Source: Thermodesulfobacteriota bacterium
Lineage (GTDB): Bacteria > Desulfobacterota > Desulfobulbia > Desulfobulbales > SURF-16
Length of the DNA: 44,096 bases
Assembly: GCA_039715015.1 (NCBI GenBank)
Contig: JBDLIE010000020.1
Span: 1-44,096 of the forward strand
Direction of reading: 5' to 3'
Positions 1 to 7,988 of this stretch are shown one piece after another. Both the position numbers and the translations under genes were made by a program. The notes below the pieces were generated by a model. That model had not been told where the DNA came from and did not search any database. It was given only the letters and a program-made list of their open reading frames with translations. Positions within the stretch are counted from its first letter, which is position 1; the number at the start of each line of letters is the position of its first letter.

Positions 1-25
1 GTTAGCTTTAACAACATCCAAAACC

Positions 26-57
26 TTGACAAGTATGCACAAATGGTGCATCAATAT
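26..57 (+). promoter_or_regulatory. Putative vapBC promoter with palindromic operator
   Basis: TTGACA at 26-31 and inverted repeat ATGCAC(35-40)-N5-GTGCAT(46-51) just upstream of the antitoxin ATG. No Shine-Dalgarno, so possibly leaderless. TA operons are typically autorepressed through such palindromes. Confidence 0.5.
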
Positions 58-61
58 ACAT

Positions 62-259
62 ATGAGAACTACCATAAATATAGACGATAAAATTTTGGAG
101 AAAGCATCTCTTTTGACAGGTATAAAAGAGAAAACTTCTTTGGTTCGCCTAGGGCTTGAGTCACTAATTTCACGCGAAAGCAGTAAACGTCTCGCGCAGC
201 TAGGTGGTACGGAAAAAGAGTTACGCAATATCCCAAGACGAAGATCGGCCAAACTATAA
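62..259 (+). CDS. vapB: Type II TA antitoxin, VapB family
   Basis: MRTTINIDDKILEKASLLTGIKEKTSLVRLGLESLI...SSKRLAQLGGTE is the typical ribbon-helix-helix VapB pattern. ATG at 62 preferred over the TTG at 26. Directly upstream of a PIN toxin. Confidence 0.9.
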   Translation: MRTTINIDDKILEKASLLTGIKEKTSLVRLGLESLISRESSKRLAQLGGTEKELRNIPRRRSAKL

Positions 260-260
260 A

Positions 261-623
261 ATGATACTGGTTGACACGTCAGTCTGGGTAAATCATCTCC
301 GCAATGGCGATAGGCACTTAGAGAAGTTGCTATTCGATGGTGATGTTGTTTGTAACAACTTTATTATCGGTGAACTTGCGTGTGGAGGCTTAAAAAATCG
401 TCAAGAAATCATATCCTTACTTCAGGCACTCCCCCAAACTCCTGAAGCAGGGTTTCAAGAATTTTTATACTTTATCGAGCAAAACAAGCTATTCGGCAAA
501 GGAATCGGCTTCGTTGACATTCACCTCCTTGCTTCAGCCCAACTAGCCCAAGTCCCTCTGTGGACAACAGACAAAAAACTCAAAACGGCTGCCTCTGAGC
601 TTGGTCTCAATTATCAAATGTAG
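261..623 (+). CDS. vapC: Type II TA toxin, VapC/PIN-domain ribonuclease
   Basis: MILVDTSVWVNHLR, IIGELACG, GIGFVDIHLLASA, LWTTDKKL carry the PIN acidic residues. ATG at 261 is 1 nt after the vapB stop. Confidence 0.92.
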   Translation: MILVDTSVWVNHLRNGDRHLEKLLFDGDVVCNNFIIGELACGGLKNRQEIISLLQALPQTPEAGFQEFLYFIEQNKLFGKGIGFVDIHLLASAQLAQVPLWTTDKKLKTAASELGLNYQM

Positions 624-758
624 CGACCGGGGACATGGGTAACACTTTATTCTAAGTACATAGGTAACACTTTCGATAAAATTCATAGGCAAAGGAGGAG
701 TGCCTATGAGCTGGAAAGGAGTTACTATCATGGATCAGAGAATTCGTTTTATTTCAGG
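619..758 (+). mobile_element. IS481-family element left end with truncated transposase start
   Basis: Starts TGTAGCGACCGGGGACATGGGTAACAC (TGT terminus). Two 16-nt direct repeats ACAT(G/A)GGTAACACTTT at 633-648 and 658-673. AGGAGG then ATG 706 encoding MSWKGVTIMDQRIRFIS, which resembles the IS481 transposase N-terminus MPWKExxxMxxRxxF. No right end seen. Confidence 0.7.
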
Positions 759-900
759 ATACCAAGTCCCCGAATTGTCGGATATTGGTAATAAACTTTG
801 CGCTTGTACGAAGCGAACAATACTGAGGAGCCCTGTGCGGGAAAACCGCACGCAGGGATCTGTGAGAGGGCGGTCGGGTAACTGGCCGTTCTATCTCGAT
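759..900 (+). mobile_element. 5'-truncated group II intron (RT C-terminus remnant plus domains V and VI)
   Basis: Domain V GAGCCCTGTGCGGGAAAACCGCACGCAGGGATC (828-860), then a domain VI hairpin ending ...CTATCTCGAT at 900 (AY terminus). 759-791 encodes IPSPRIVGYW*, like the C-terminus of endonuclease-less bacterial intron RTs. Confidence 0.85.
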
Positions 901-971
901 GGCGGCAGAACTGGTTTATTCTGATTGAATGATCGGTTGCCAGCTTCATGGCCTGAATAAGGAATCGATAT

Positions 972-1559
972 ATGCCACTTGAGCAGGTTGAATTCAACAT
1001 GATCATCACGTTCTTAGGTATGCTGTGTGCGACAGTTCAGGCGGTCACGGGAGGCTATGCTGCCTATATCAAGAAGCGGGTGAGCTTACTCAAAACGAAT
1101 GGAACATTGTTTGAGGCACATTATGCCTTTGGAAGCTTTGCAACGGTGTTGTATATCCTGGGCTTGTTTGCAGGAGTGAATGGGCTTGTTGGGGCAATCA
1201 CGCGAAATAATCCACCATTAGAATTGCATAGCATTTCTTTTAATATCCATACGTGGGGTTCATTTCCTGTGCTTGTGGTAGTGGTGTGGAAAACGTATCT
1301 TTCGTACTTCAAAAAGGGACCGCTGTATGGAAGAAGGAAGTGGCTGGGGGGCGCCATGTTTGTGGTGTGGGGTTTTACGTGGTTAAGTGCAGCAATATCG
1401 TACTATGTTCGGACGTTGCCGAGCAATCCACAGCATCCAGCGCCGGTTTTCTTGCTGCCGTATGAATGGCTGGGACTCCAGCTGGCCTTGCCATTCCTGT
1501 TGGGGGGCCTATTGGGAGGAATAGTTTTGAGAAGGGCAGAAAACGCAAAGATGGTTTGA
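972..1559 (+). CDS. Multi-pass membrane protein of unknown function (possibly cytochrome b-like)
   Basis: 195-aa ORF with about 5 hydrophobic segments, His residues at the start of two of them (EAHYAFG, NIHTWGS), AGGA upstream. Lies before attC1. Confidence 0.7.
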   Translation: MPLEQVEFNMIITFLGMLCATVQAVTGGYAAYIKKRVSLLKTNGTLFEAHYAFGSFATVLYILGLFAGVNGLVGAITRNNPPLELHSISFNIHTWGSFPVLVVVVWKTYLSYFKKGPLYGRRKWLGGAMFVVWGFTWLSAAISYYVRTLPSNPQHPAPVFLLPYEWLGLQLALPFLLGGLLGGIVLRRAENAKMV

Positions 1560-1649
1560 GGCGAGAGCGATTATGCCCGTGCCGTTCACACCTACGAAGA
1601 ATGGAGCATCTATAGGACAAAAAATGTTCGTAGCGACAAGGACAATACC

Positions 1650-1721
1650 GCCCAACAAATCGCTCCACTGGATTTCGCTACGCTGGCGCTTCGCGAAATC
1701 CAGTGAGCTCAAGCGTTAGGA
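1650..1721 (+). other. Integron attC site 1
   Basis: R'' GCCCAAC (1650-1656), arm GCTCCACTGGATTTCGC pairing with GCGAAATCCAGTGAGC with one extrahelical C, R' GTTAGGA (1715-1721). 72 bp. Confidence 0.9.
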
Positions 1722-1739
1722 CTCACAGTCAATCATGCA

Positions 1740-2447
1740 ATGAAAGTTAATTTATTAATCGTCATTTTATCTCTGTTGACAGCGTGCTCGTCAAAGCCAT
1801 ATGCGGTTAAATACATTGAAATGTCTGCTGTGATTGAACAGGAAGAAATATTCATAGTAAACCACGGTTGGCATACTGGAATTGTTGTCCCTGCCAAAAG
1901 AATTCAAAATCAACTTCCTAAGTTAAGGGAAAGATTTGGGGATATACCTTATATTGAATTCGGGTGGGGTGATAAAGATTACTATCAAGCTAAAGAAATA
2001 ACATCAGGCCTAACTCTAAAAGCAATACTATGGCCAACGGAGTCGGTTATTCATGCAGTAGCTGTGCCTAAGAAGGCTGATAAGTATTTCGCAAATAGTG
2101 TAGTCGAAATATTATGCCTTAGTGGAAGAGAGTACTCTTCTCTATTACGATTTATTTCAAACAGCTTTTATAAAGATGAGCATAGTGAAATAGTAGAGCT
2201 TAAGGGTGGAATATATGGAAATAGTCAGTTTTATAAAGGGGTAGGTGTTTTTTACTTCATGAACACATGCAATAAATGGACTGCTAAAGGATTAAAAAGC
2301 GCAGGAATGGACATATCCCCTACCTTTAAATTAACTGCTGATAGTATTATGGATTATGTGAAGGAATATAGGCAAGCCCTAACAACAGATTCCATCGGAC
2401 ATTCAAATGCTGCGCCGCGTCGCTCTACAACTTTTGAATGCCGGTGA
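1740..2447 (+). CDS. Integron cassette gene: DUF2459/TIGR02117-like lipoprotein
   Basis: Lipobox LTAC; motifs VNHGWHTGIVVP, EFGWGDKDYY, LKAILWPTESVIH, NTCNKWTAKGLKSAG. Visibly AT-rich and flanked by attC sites. Confidence 0.85.
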   Translation: MKVNLLIVILSLLTACSSKPYAVKYIEMSAVIEQEEIFIVNHGWHTGIVVPAKRIQNQLPKLRERFGDIPYIEFGWGDKDYYQAKEITSGLTLKAILWPTESVIHAVAVPKKADKYFANSVVEILCLSGREYSSLLRFISNSFYKDEHSEIVELKGGIYGNSQFYKGVGVFYFMNTCNKWTAKGLKSAGMDISPTFKLTADSIMDYVKEYRQALTTDSIGHSNAAPRRSTTFECR

Positions 2448-2462
2448 ACCAAAGCGTTATGC
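2377..2462 (+). other. Integron attC site 2
   Basis: R'' CCCTAAC (2377-2383), arm TTCCATCGGACATTCAAA pairing with TTTGAATGCCGGTGAA with extrahelical C and A, R' GTTATGC (2456-2462). R'' is nearly complementary to the GTTAGGA that opens this cassette. Confidence 0.85.
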
Positions 2463-2572
2463 AATCAAGGGGCAAATGGTTTGACATCATATGACTCAAT
2501 AAATGATTTAATATGAGATTCCTTGGCCAAGAAACCGGCTAGAGCCTCAAAACGTAAACACCACCCGCAACA

Positions 2573-2616
2573 AACAAAAAGAGGCTGTCCCACAAAAGGG
2601 GCAGCCTCTTTTTGTT
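2573..2616. terminator. Bidirectional rho-independent terminator
   Basis: AACAAAAAGAGGCTGTCCC-acaaaa-GGGGCAGCCTCTTTTTGTT between convergent units. Confidence 0.8.
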
Positions 2617-2651
2617 CATCAAACGATCAACCTGACCGTCACATTCTAGGC

Positions 2652-2867
2652 TCAGGAAAAGCCGCCTTTTGACGAACATCCCGATAAAGCGCCAGCCGGG
2701 ATTGAACTCGAAGAGCCGGCCAGTCTATAGCTCGAAGCGGATATGGTTTTCCTGATATTTTTACTTTCACATTTCGGGCAGGTCACCTCAGAGACCTGGC
2801 CGCTTGAGGTGAGGATGGTTTCAAAATTATTCTTACACTCGTTACATTTAAACTCATAAATGGGCAT
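2652..2867 (-). CDS. FmdB-family zinc-ribbon regulatory protein
   Basis: MPIYEFKCNECKNNFE...CPKCESKNIRKTIS, with CxxC/CPxC pairs and a Ser/Gly-rich tail. AGGAG upstream. Confidence 0.9.
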   Translation of the reverse strand: MPIYEFKCNECKNNFETILTSSGQVSEVTCPKCESKNIRKTISASSYRLAGSSSSIPAGALSGCSSKGGFS

Positions 2868-2918
2868 GGCGGTACTCCTGGAAACTAATGAGAAAGAAAT
2901 TGCTATTTAACGATTGGC

Positions 2919-4460
2919 TTAACTTATGCATTCTTTACTCTGTTGTCCAGGTTTTTTTCCAATGTGACAGGTCTTTGATTTTTCGAGGAGATCATGTAAA
3001 CCCTTGTCGGCTGCCATGCCTGGCTCACAGGGCTGCCTGACAAGGATGAAGTCGAGGCCCCACTCCTCTTCAGATTTGGTGAGGGATTTATATATCTCCC
3101 CAAAGACATCAGAAGCAGAAACCTCATCTTCAAGTTCTTGATATATGAGGTAGTCGCTTCGCTTTCGAAAAAGCATCACGGAGCCCTCGTAGAAATCACG
3201 GTTCTGGCTTGATTGATGACAGATGTCAGCAAGGTTCTGACCGATCTCGTCAAAGACTTGATCTGTCACGAGATAGCCGGTGTCCTGCTGGAAGCTGCCG
3301 AAGTTGGGGAAGGATACGAGGATGAGCTCAAAGGGCAGTGTCTCTTTGCGTAGGACATCGGACTTATCGAGAAAAAGAAGGTAGCGATAATTGTAAAAAT
3401 CGCTCATGGGCTCACGAAAATAGGCGCGATTACGAAAGAGTTCAACGTCTTTCATGAAACCGGCTGTTATCCCAGCGGAAATCTCAATATCTGGCAGCTC
3501 AGGGATGATGGCAAGCAGGGTTTCGACCACCTTCTTGTCTAATCGGCCTTCTTCAACCTCTTTTCTCAGGACGCTTATGGCCTGCTCGGTGGAGAGAGAT
3601 TTCTTATAGGGTCTCCGGGAGACAAGGGCTTCATAGGTGTCTGCGGCAGCAACAATTCGTGGCAGTAGGCCTATTTCATCGCCTTTAAGGCCGGCTGGAT
3701 AGCCGCTACCGTCCAAGCGTTCGTGATGGTTGAGGATAATGTCGATGATTCTATCGTCTTGAATGTGGCGGGCAATAAGCTTAGCGCCGATTAATGGGTG
3801 ATACTCCATGATGTTACGGTCTTGAAAATTAAAGCGGGCTGGTTTCAGGAGAACATCATCGGGAATAGCGGTTTTTCCTAGATCATGGGCCAAGCAGCCA
3901 AGTTCAAGACTGGTCAGGGTATCTGGGCTTAAATCCAATTTTTCACCGATACGTTTGGAGATTGCCGCCACGTAGAGAACATGCTCAAAGGTGTATTGGT
4001 CACGGTTTGCCAGAAACTCGGAAATCATCTCGAAAAGTTCTTTGATTAAGAGAGTATTGGTTTCTTCCAGTTTCTCCTCAGTTTTATGGCGGGAGGCGGT
4101 TTCCCAGGAGAGTTTCATGTCCTTAAGTCTGATGCTGGCCGTGGCCTTGGACAACTTCCGTTCCTCCTCCTTGATTTTCGTAATCGCCCCCCTGGCAAGA
4201 CCGATGACCAGCAGGGCAAAAGAGCCGCCCAGAAAAATACTGGCGGCAATAAGGATGTTGGGGAAGGGAAATTGTCGAAGCATCAGAGAGGCAAAGGTGA
4301 GATGGCCACAGAAAAAAAGGGCCATGATAAAAATGAGAGAAAGCCATTTGTCTTGGAGGGGCTTTGGGATTTTTCGTTTTAGACGCACCCCGGAAATAAT
4401 TGAGATAAGCATGAAGCCGGCTCCGATTATGACGAGATTGGTGATGGCGGAAGATGTCAT
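2919..4460 (-). CDS. Membrane-anchored HD-GYP cyclic dinucleotide phosphodiesterase with degenerate C-terminal GGDEF-like domain
   Basis: Three N-terminal TM segments; RDQYTFEH, HDLGK, HPLIGA, HHERLDGSGYPAGL, AADTYEAL, RPYKK. Start could be 4520 or 4460. Confidence 0.88.
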   Translation of the reverse strand: MTSSAITNLVIIGAGFMLISIISGVRLKRKIPKPLQDKWLSLIFIMALFFCGHLTFASLMLRQFPFPNILIAASIFLGGSFALLVIGLARGAITKIKEEERKLSKATASIRLKDMKLSWETASRHKTEEKLEETNTLLIKELFEMISEFLANRDQYTFEHVLYVAAISKRIGEKLDLSPDTLTSLELGCLAHDLGKTAIPDDVLLKPARFNFQDRNIMEYHPLIGAKLIARHIQDDRIIDIILNHHERLDGSGYPAGLKGDEIGLLPRIVAAADTYEALVSRRPYKKSLSTEQAISVLRKEVEEGRLDKKVVETLLAIIPELPDIEISAGITAGFMKDVELFRNRAYFREPMSDFYNYRYLLFLDKSDVLRKETLPFELILVSFPNFGSFQQDTGYLVTDQVFDEIGQNLADICHQSSQNRDFYEGSVMLFRKRSDYLIYQELEDEVSASDVFGEIYKSLTKSEEEWGLDFILVRQPCEPGMAADKGLHDLLEKSKTCHIGKKPGQQSKECIS

Positions 4461-4854
4461 TTTCAGTTCGGCTCTTTGTTTGAAAGGAGAAGTGGGCAGC
4501 CTAGTGTCGCGCCGTTTCATCCTTGACGCGACACTAGGACGCTGATTTATTAATGATTATCTCTTATTCTGCAAAATTTTGGCAAATAATTCACCTCAAT
4601 ATTTGTAGGCACTCCCATAAGGAGTCAGGCCGGAAAGGCAATTGCTGTTTTTGGGTGGAATGGCAGAGGGGCCCGGAGGTGCTTGTCTGGCTGAAATAAA
4701 TTCGGCCCAGAATAGGGGTGGCATAGGGTAAGTGGCCGGGATTTGGGACGATTACTTCTTGCTGTTGACTTGTGCGGGATGTATGTTCAGCTGATGGAAG
4801 TTGTTTGGGCAGGGTATATGGGGAGATGGTGAGGATGATGGCTGAGGGCTCCGT

Positions 4855-7182
4855 ATGAGACGTTTTGAGGCGTGGTTTGGGCTTTTTGTAGTGCGACGGC
4901 GGTGGTGGATCCTCACCCTGACCCTTCTTGTTGCCAGCTGGTGCGCCAGCGGCATGGCCAATCTGCAGTTTGTCAATAACTCCCGCATGTTCTTTTCCAA
5001 GGAGAACCCACAGCTCCAGGCCCTGGAGATGTTGGAGAACACCTATACAAAATATGAAAATGTCCTCTTTGTGGTGGAGCCTGCCTCGGGCAATGTCTTT
5101 GAGCGTTTGACCTTAAGCGCCATTGAGGAGCTCACGACTGAGGCCTGGAAAATTCCCTACTCAAGCAAGGTTAGCTCCCTGACAAATTTTCAGCATACCC
5201 GTGCCGAGGGTGACGAGCTCATTGTTGAAGATTTGGTCCGTGACGCCGGCCGGCTGAGTGATACGGATCTGGCCGTCATCAAGGAAATTGCCCTTGCTGA
5301 ACCGCTACTGGTTAACAGCCTTGTCTCTCAGGGAGCCCATGTCAGCGGCGTAAATGTTAATATCATAAAGCCTGAAAAGGACATGAATGAGTCGCTCCAG
5401 GTTGCTACGCAGGCCCGGCAGTTAGCCCGGGAGATAGAAGCTAAATATCCAGGCATTAGCCTCCATATCACTGGCGGCATCATGGTGGATGATGCCTTTG
5501 GCGAGGCCCCAAAGCGGGACATGACCAGCCTGATGCCCCTGGTCCTCTTAATTTTTTTCGTGGCCATGGTCGCCTCCCTGCGGTCGCTGCTGGCAACGCT
5601 CTCCACCTTCTGTGTGGTGTTCATGTCTGTTTTTACCGGCATGGGTTTGGCCGGGTGGTTGGGCATCGATATCACCCCGGCGTCGGCCAACGGCCCCATT
5701 ATTATCCTGACCCTGGCTGTGGCTGATTCCATCCATGTCCTGGTGACCATGTTCCACCAGGTTCGGCTGGGAAGGAGTCGCAAAGAAGCGGTTGCCGAGT
5801 CGCTGCGTATTAACCTGCAGCCTGTTTTTGTGACCTCGCTCACCACGACCATCGGCTTTCTGACCATGAATTTTTCCGATGCCCCCCCCTTCCGTGATCT
5901 GGGTAACATTGTGGCCATGGGGGTGACGGCAGCCTTTTTTTACTCAGTCTTGTTCTTGCCCGCCTTGGTCGCTATTTTGCCCATCAAGGTTGGCACGGGG
6001 CAAGAGCGGCAATCCCCCTTTTTTGAGAAGCTGGGGCGTTTTGTGGTTGCCAGAAGGACGCCCCTTTTCAGGTGGTTATTGCTCTTTATGGCCTTGATGG
6101 CTACCGGCATCAGCCGCATAGATCTGGATGACGATTTTGTCCGCTATTTTGATCACAGCTATGAATTTCGTCAGGCCTCCGAGTTTGCCATCGCCAACCT
6201 TACCGGTGTCTATATTATTGATTATAGCCTGGCCTCAGGGGAGGAGGGTGGTATCAACAACCCTGAGTATCTCCAAAAGGTGGATGAGTTTGCCAAGTGG
6301 TTTCGTGGCCAGGAGGGGGTGCGCCATATCTTTTCCATTACTGATATCATGAAACGGTTGAATCGCTCCATGCACGGTGATGATCAGCAATGGTACCGCT
6401 TGCCCGACCAGCGTAACCTTGCCGCCCAATATCTTCTGCTTTACGAGATGAGCCTGCCCTTTGGCCTTGACCTAAATGATCGGATTAATGTCGATAAGTC
6501 TGCCACCAGATTAACCGTTACCCTTGGCGACAGTACTACCCGGGAAGTCCGTGAGCTTGAAGAGAGGGGAAGACATTGGTTGGAGGAAAATGCTCCAGCA
6601 ACCATGCATACTTATGGTTCTGGACTTTCCGTTATCTTTTCTTATATCTCCAAGCGTAATATTCAATCAATGCTGGGTGCTTCGGTGATGGCCCTTTTGG
6701 TCATTTCCTTTATTCTGGCCATTGTCTTGCGTAGCTTTAAGCTTGGCCTGATCAGCCTGTTGCCCAACCTGTCTCCTGCCTTCATGGCCTTTGGTCTTTG
6801 GGGCTATACCGTGAGTCAGGTGGGCCTGGCTGTCTCGGTGATGATTGCCATGACCATGGGTATTGTGGTGGATGATACGGTTCATTTCCTCTCCAAATAC
6901 CAAAGGGCCCGCAAGGAGCACCGGGATTCTGCAGAGGAGGCGGTGGTCTATGCCTTTAGGACAGTTGGATCGCCAATTCTGGTTACCACTCTTATTCTGG
7001 TTGCTGGCTTTTGGGTCCTTTCCTTTTCCGGTTTTCAGATCAATGCCAATATGGGCTCCATGACTGCCATCACCATTATTTTTGCCCTGCTCATGGATTT
7101 CTTTTTTCTTCCAGCCTTGCTGGTTAAAATTGAGGGCAAAACAAAGGCAGGAGATCTGGTTGATAGCTCAACAAGGACATGA
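4855..7182 (+). CDS. MMPL/RND-family transporter
   Basis: 775 aa with two-fold (TM + periplasmic + 5 TM) repeat; TLAVADSIH, PVFVTSLTTTIGF, GIVVDDTVHF motifs. Confidence 0.92.
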   Translation: MRRFEAWFGLFVVRRRWWILTLTLLVASWCASGMANLQFVNNSRMFFSKENPQLQALEMLENTYTKYENVLFVVEPASGNVFERLTLSAIEELTTEAWKIPYSSKVSSLTNFQHTRAEGDELIVEDLVRDAGRLSDTDLAVIKEIALAEPLLVNSLVSQGAHVSGVNVNIIKPEKDMNESLQVATQARQLAREIEAKYPGISLHITGGIMVDDAFGEAPKRDMTSLMPLVLLIFFVAMVASLRSLLATLSTFCVVFMSVFTGMGLAGWLGIDITPASANGPIIILTLAVADSIHVLVTMFHQVRLGRSRKEAVAESLRINLQPVFVTSLTTTIGFLTMNFSDAPPFRDLGNIVAMGVTAAFFYSVLFLPALVAILPIKVGTGQERQSPFFEKLGRFVVARRTPLFRWLLLFMALMATGISRIDLDDDFVRYFDHSYEFRQASEFAIANLTGVYIIDYSLASGEEGGINNPEYLQKVDEFAKWFRGQEGVRHIFSITDIMKRLNRSMHGDDQQWYRLPDQRNLAAQYLLLYEMSLPFGLDLNDRINVDKSATRLTVTLGDSTTREVRELEERGRHWLEENAPATMHTYGSGLSVIFSYISKRNIQSMLGASVMALLVISFILAIVLRSFKLGLISLLPNLSPAFMAFGLWGYTVSQVGLAVSVMIAMTMGIVVDDTVHFLSKYQRARKEHRDSAEEAVVYAFRTVGSPILVTTLILVAGFWVLSFSGFQINANMGSMTAITIIFALLMDFFFLPALLVKIEGKTKAGDLVDSSTRT

Positions 7183-7196
7183 AAACAGGAGACATA

Positions 7197-7985
7197 ATGA
7201 GAACTTTATCCATACTTTTTTTACTTCTTTCTTTTGCATTACCAGCCGGTGCTTTGGCGCAAAGCCCTGAGGAGCAGGGGCTGGCGATTGCCCAGGAGGC
7301 TGACGCCAGAGACAACGGTTTTGCTGACTTTACAGCCGACATGGAGATGGTTCTTCGCAATAGGCATGGCCAGGAAAGCCGCCGGAAGATACGTATCCGT
7401 ACCCTGGAGGTGGAGGGCGATGGCGATAAGAGCCTGACCATTTTCGACTCGCCTCGCGATGTCAAGGGGACGGCCTTGCTTACCTTCACCCATAAGGTGG
7501 GGGACGATGATCAATGGCTTTATTTGCCTGCCCTTAAGAGAGTCAAACGTATTGCCTCACGCAATAAATCAGGCTCATTTATGGGCAGCGAATTTGCCTA
7601 TGAAGATATCGCCAGCCAGGAGGTTGAAAAATACACCTATAAATACCTGGGTGACGCCATCTATGACGGCCACGATTGTACCATGGTTGAAAGCTACCCG
7701 GTTGATGCCGCCAACTCCGGTTACACCCGCATGGTGTCCTGGCGGGACAAGGATGAGTATCGCCTCTGGAAGGTTGAGTATTATGACCGCAAATCAAGCC
7801 ATCTGAAGACTTTGACCATGGCTGGCTATCAGCGCTATCTTGATCGTTTTTGGCGTCCCCACCGCATGCATATGGTTAACCATCAAAACGGTAAGTCCAC
7901 CGAGTTGCACTGGGATAGTTTTCAATACCGCACCGGCCTCACCGATACTGACTTTAATAAAAACAGCCTGAAGCGGGTGAAATAA
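7197..7985 (+). CDS. Outer membrane lipoprotein-sorting (LolA-like) protein
   Basis: Signal peptide; FDSPRDVKGTALL, DDQWLYLPALKRVKRIAS, SFMGSEFAYED. AGGAGA before ATG 7197. Confidence 0.9.
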   Translation: MRTLSILFLLLSFALPAGALAQSPEEQGLAIAQEADARDNGFADFTADMEMVLRNRHGQESRRKIRIRTLEVEGDGDKSLTIFDSPRDVKGTALLTFTHKVGDDDQWLYLPALKRVKRIASRNKSGSFMGSEFAYEDIASQEVEKYTYKYLGDAIYDGHDCTMVESYPVDAANSGYTRMVSWRDKDEYRLWKVEYYDRKSSHLKTLTMAGYQRYLDRFWRPHRMHMVNHQNGKSTELHWDSFQYRTGLTDTDFNKNSLKRVK

Positions 7986-7988
7986 ACT

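Noticed and set aside
204..260. Longer N-terminus for VapC
   Set aside because: Overlaps vapB; PIN domains start at MILVDT (ATG 261).
633..673. 16-nt direct repeats as a possible CRISPR array
   Set aside because: Only two copies 25 nt apart; better explained as transposase binding sites. No CRISPR array was seen in the window.
700..924. 74-aa ORF
   Set aside because: Chimera of a transposase start and intron RNA domains, not a real gene.
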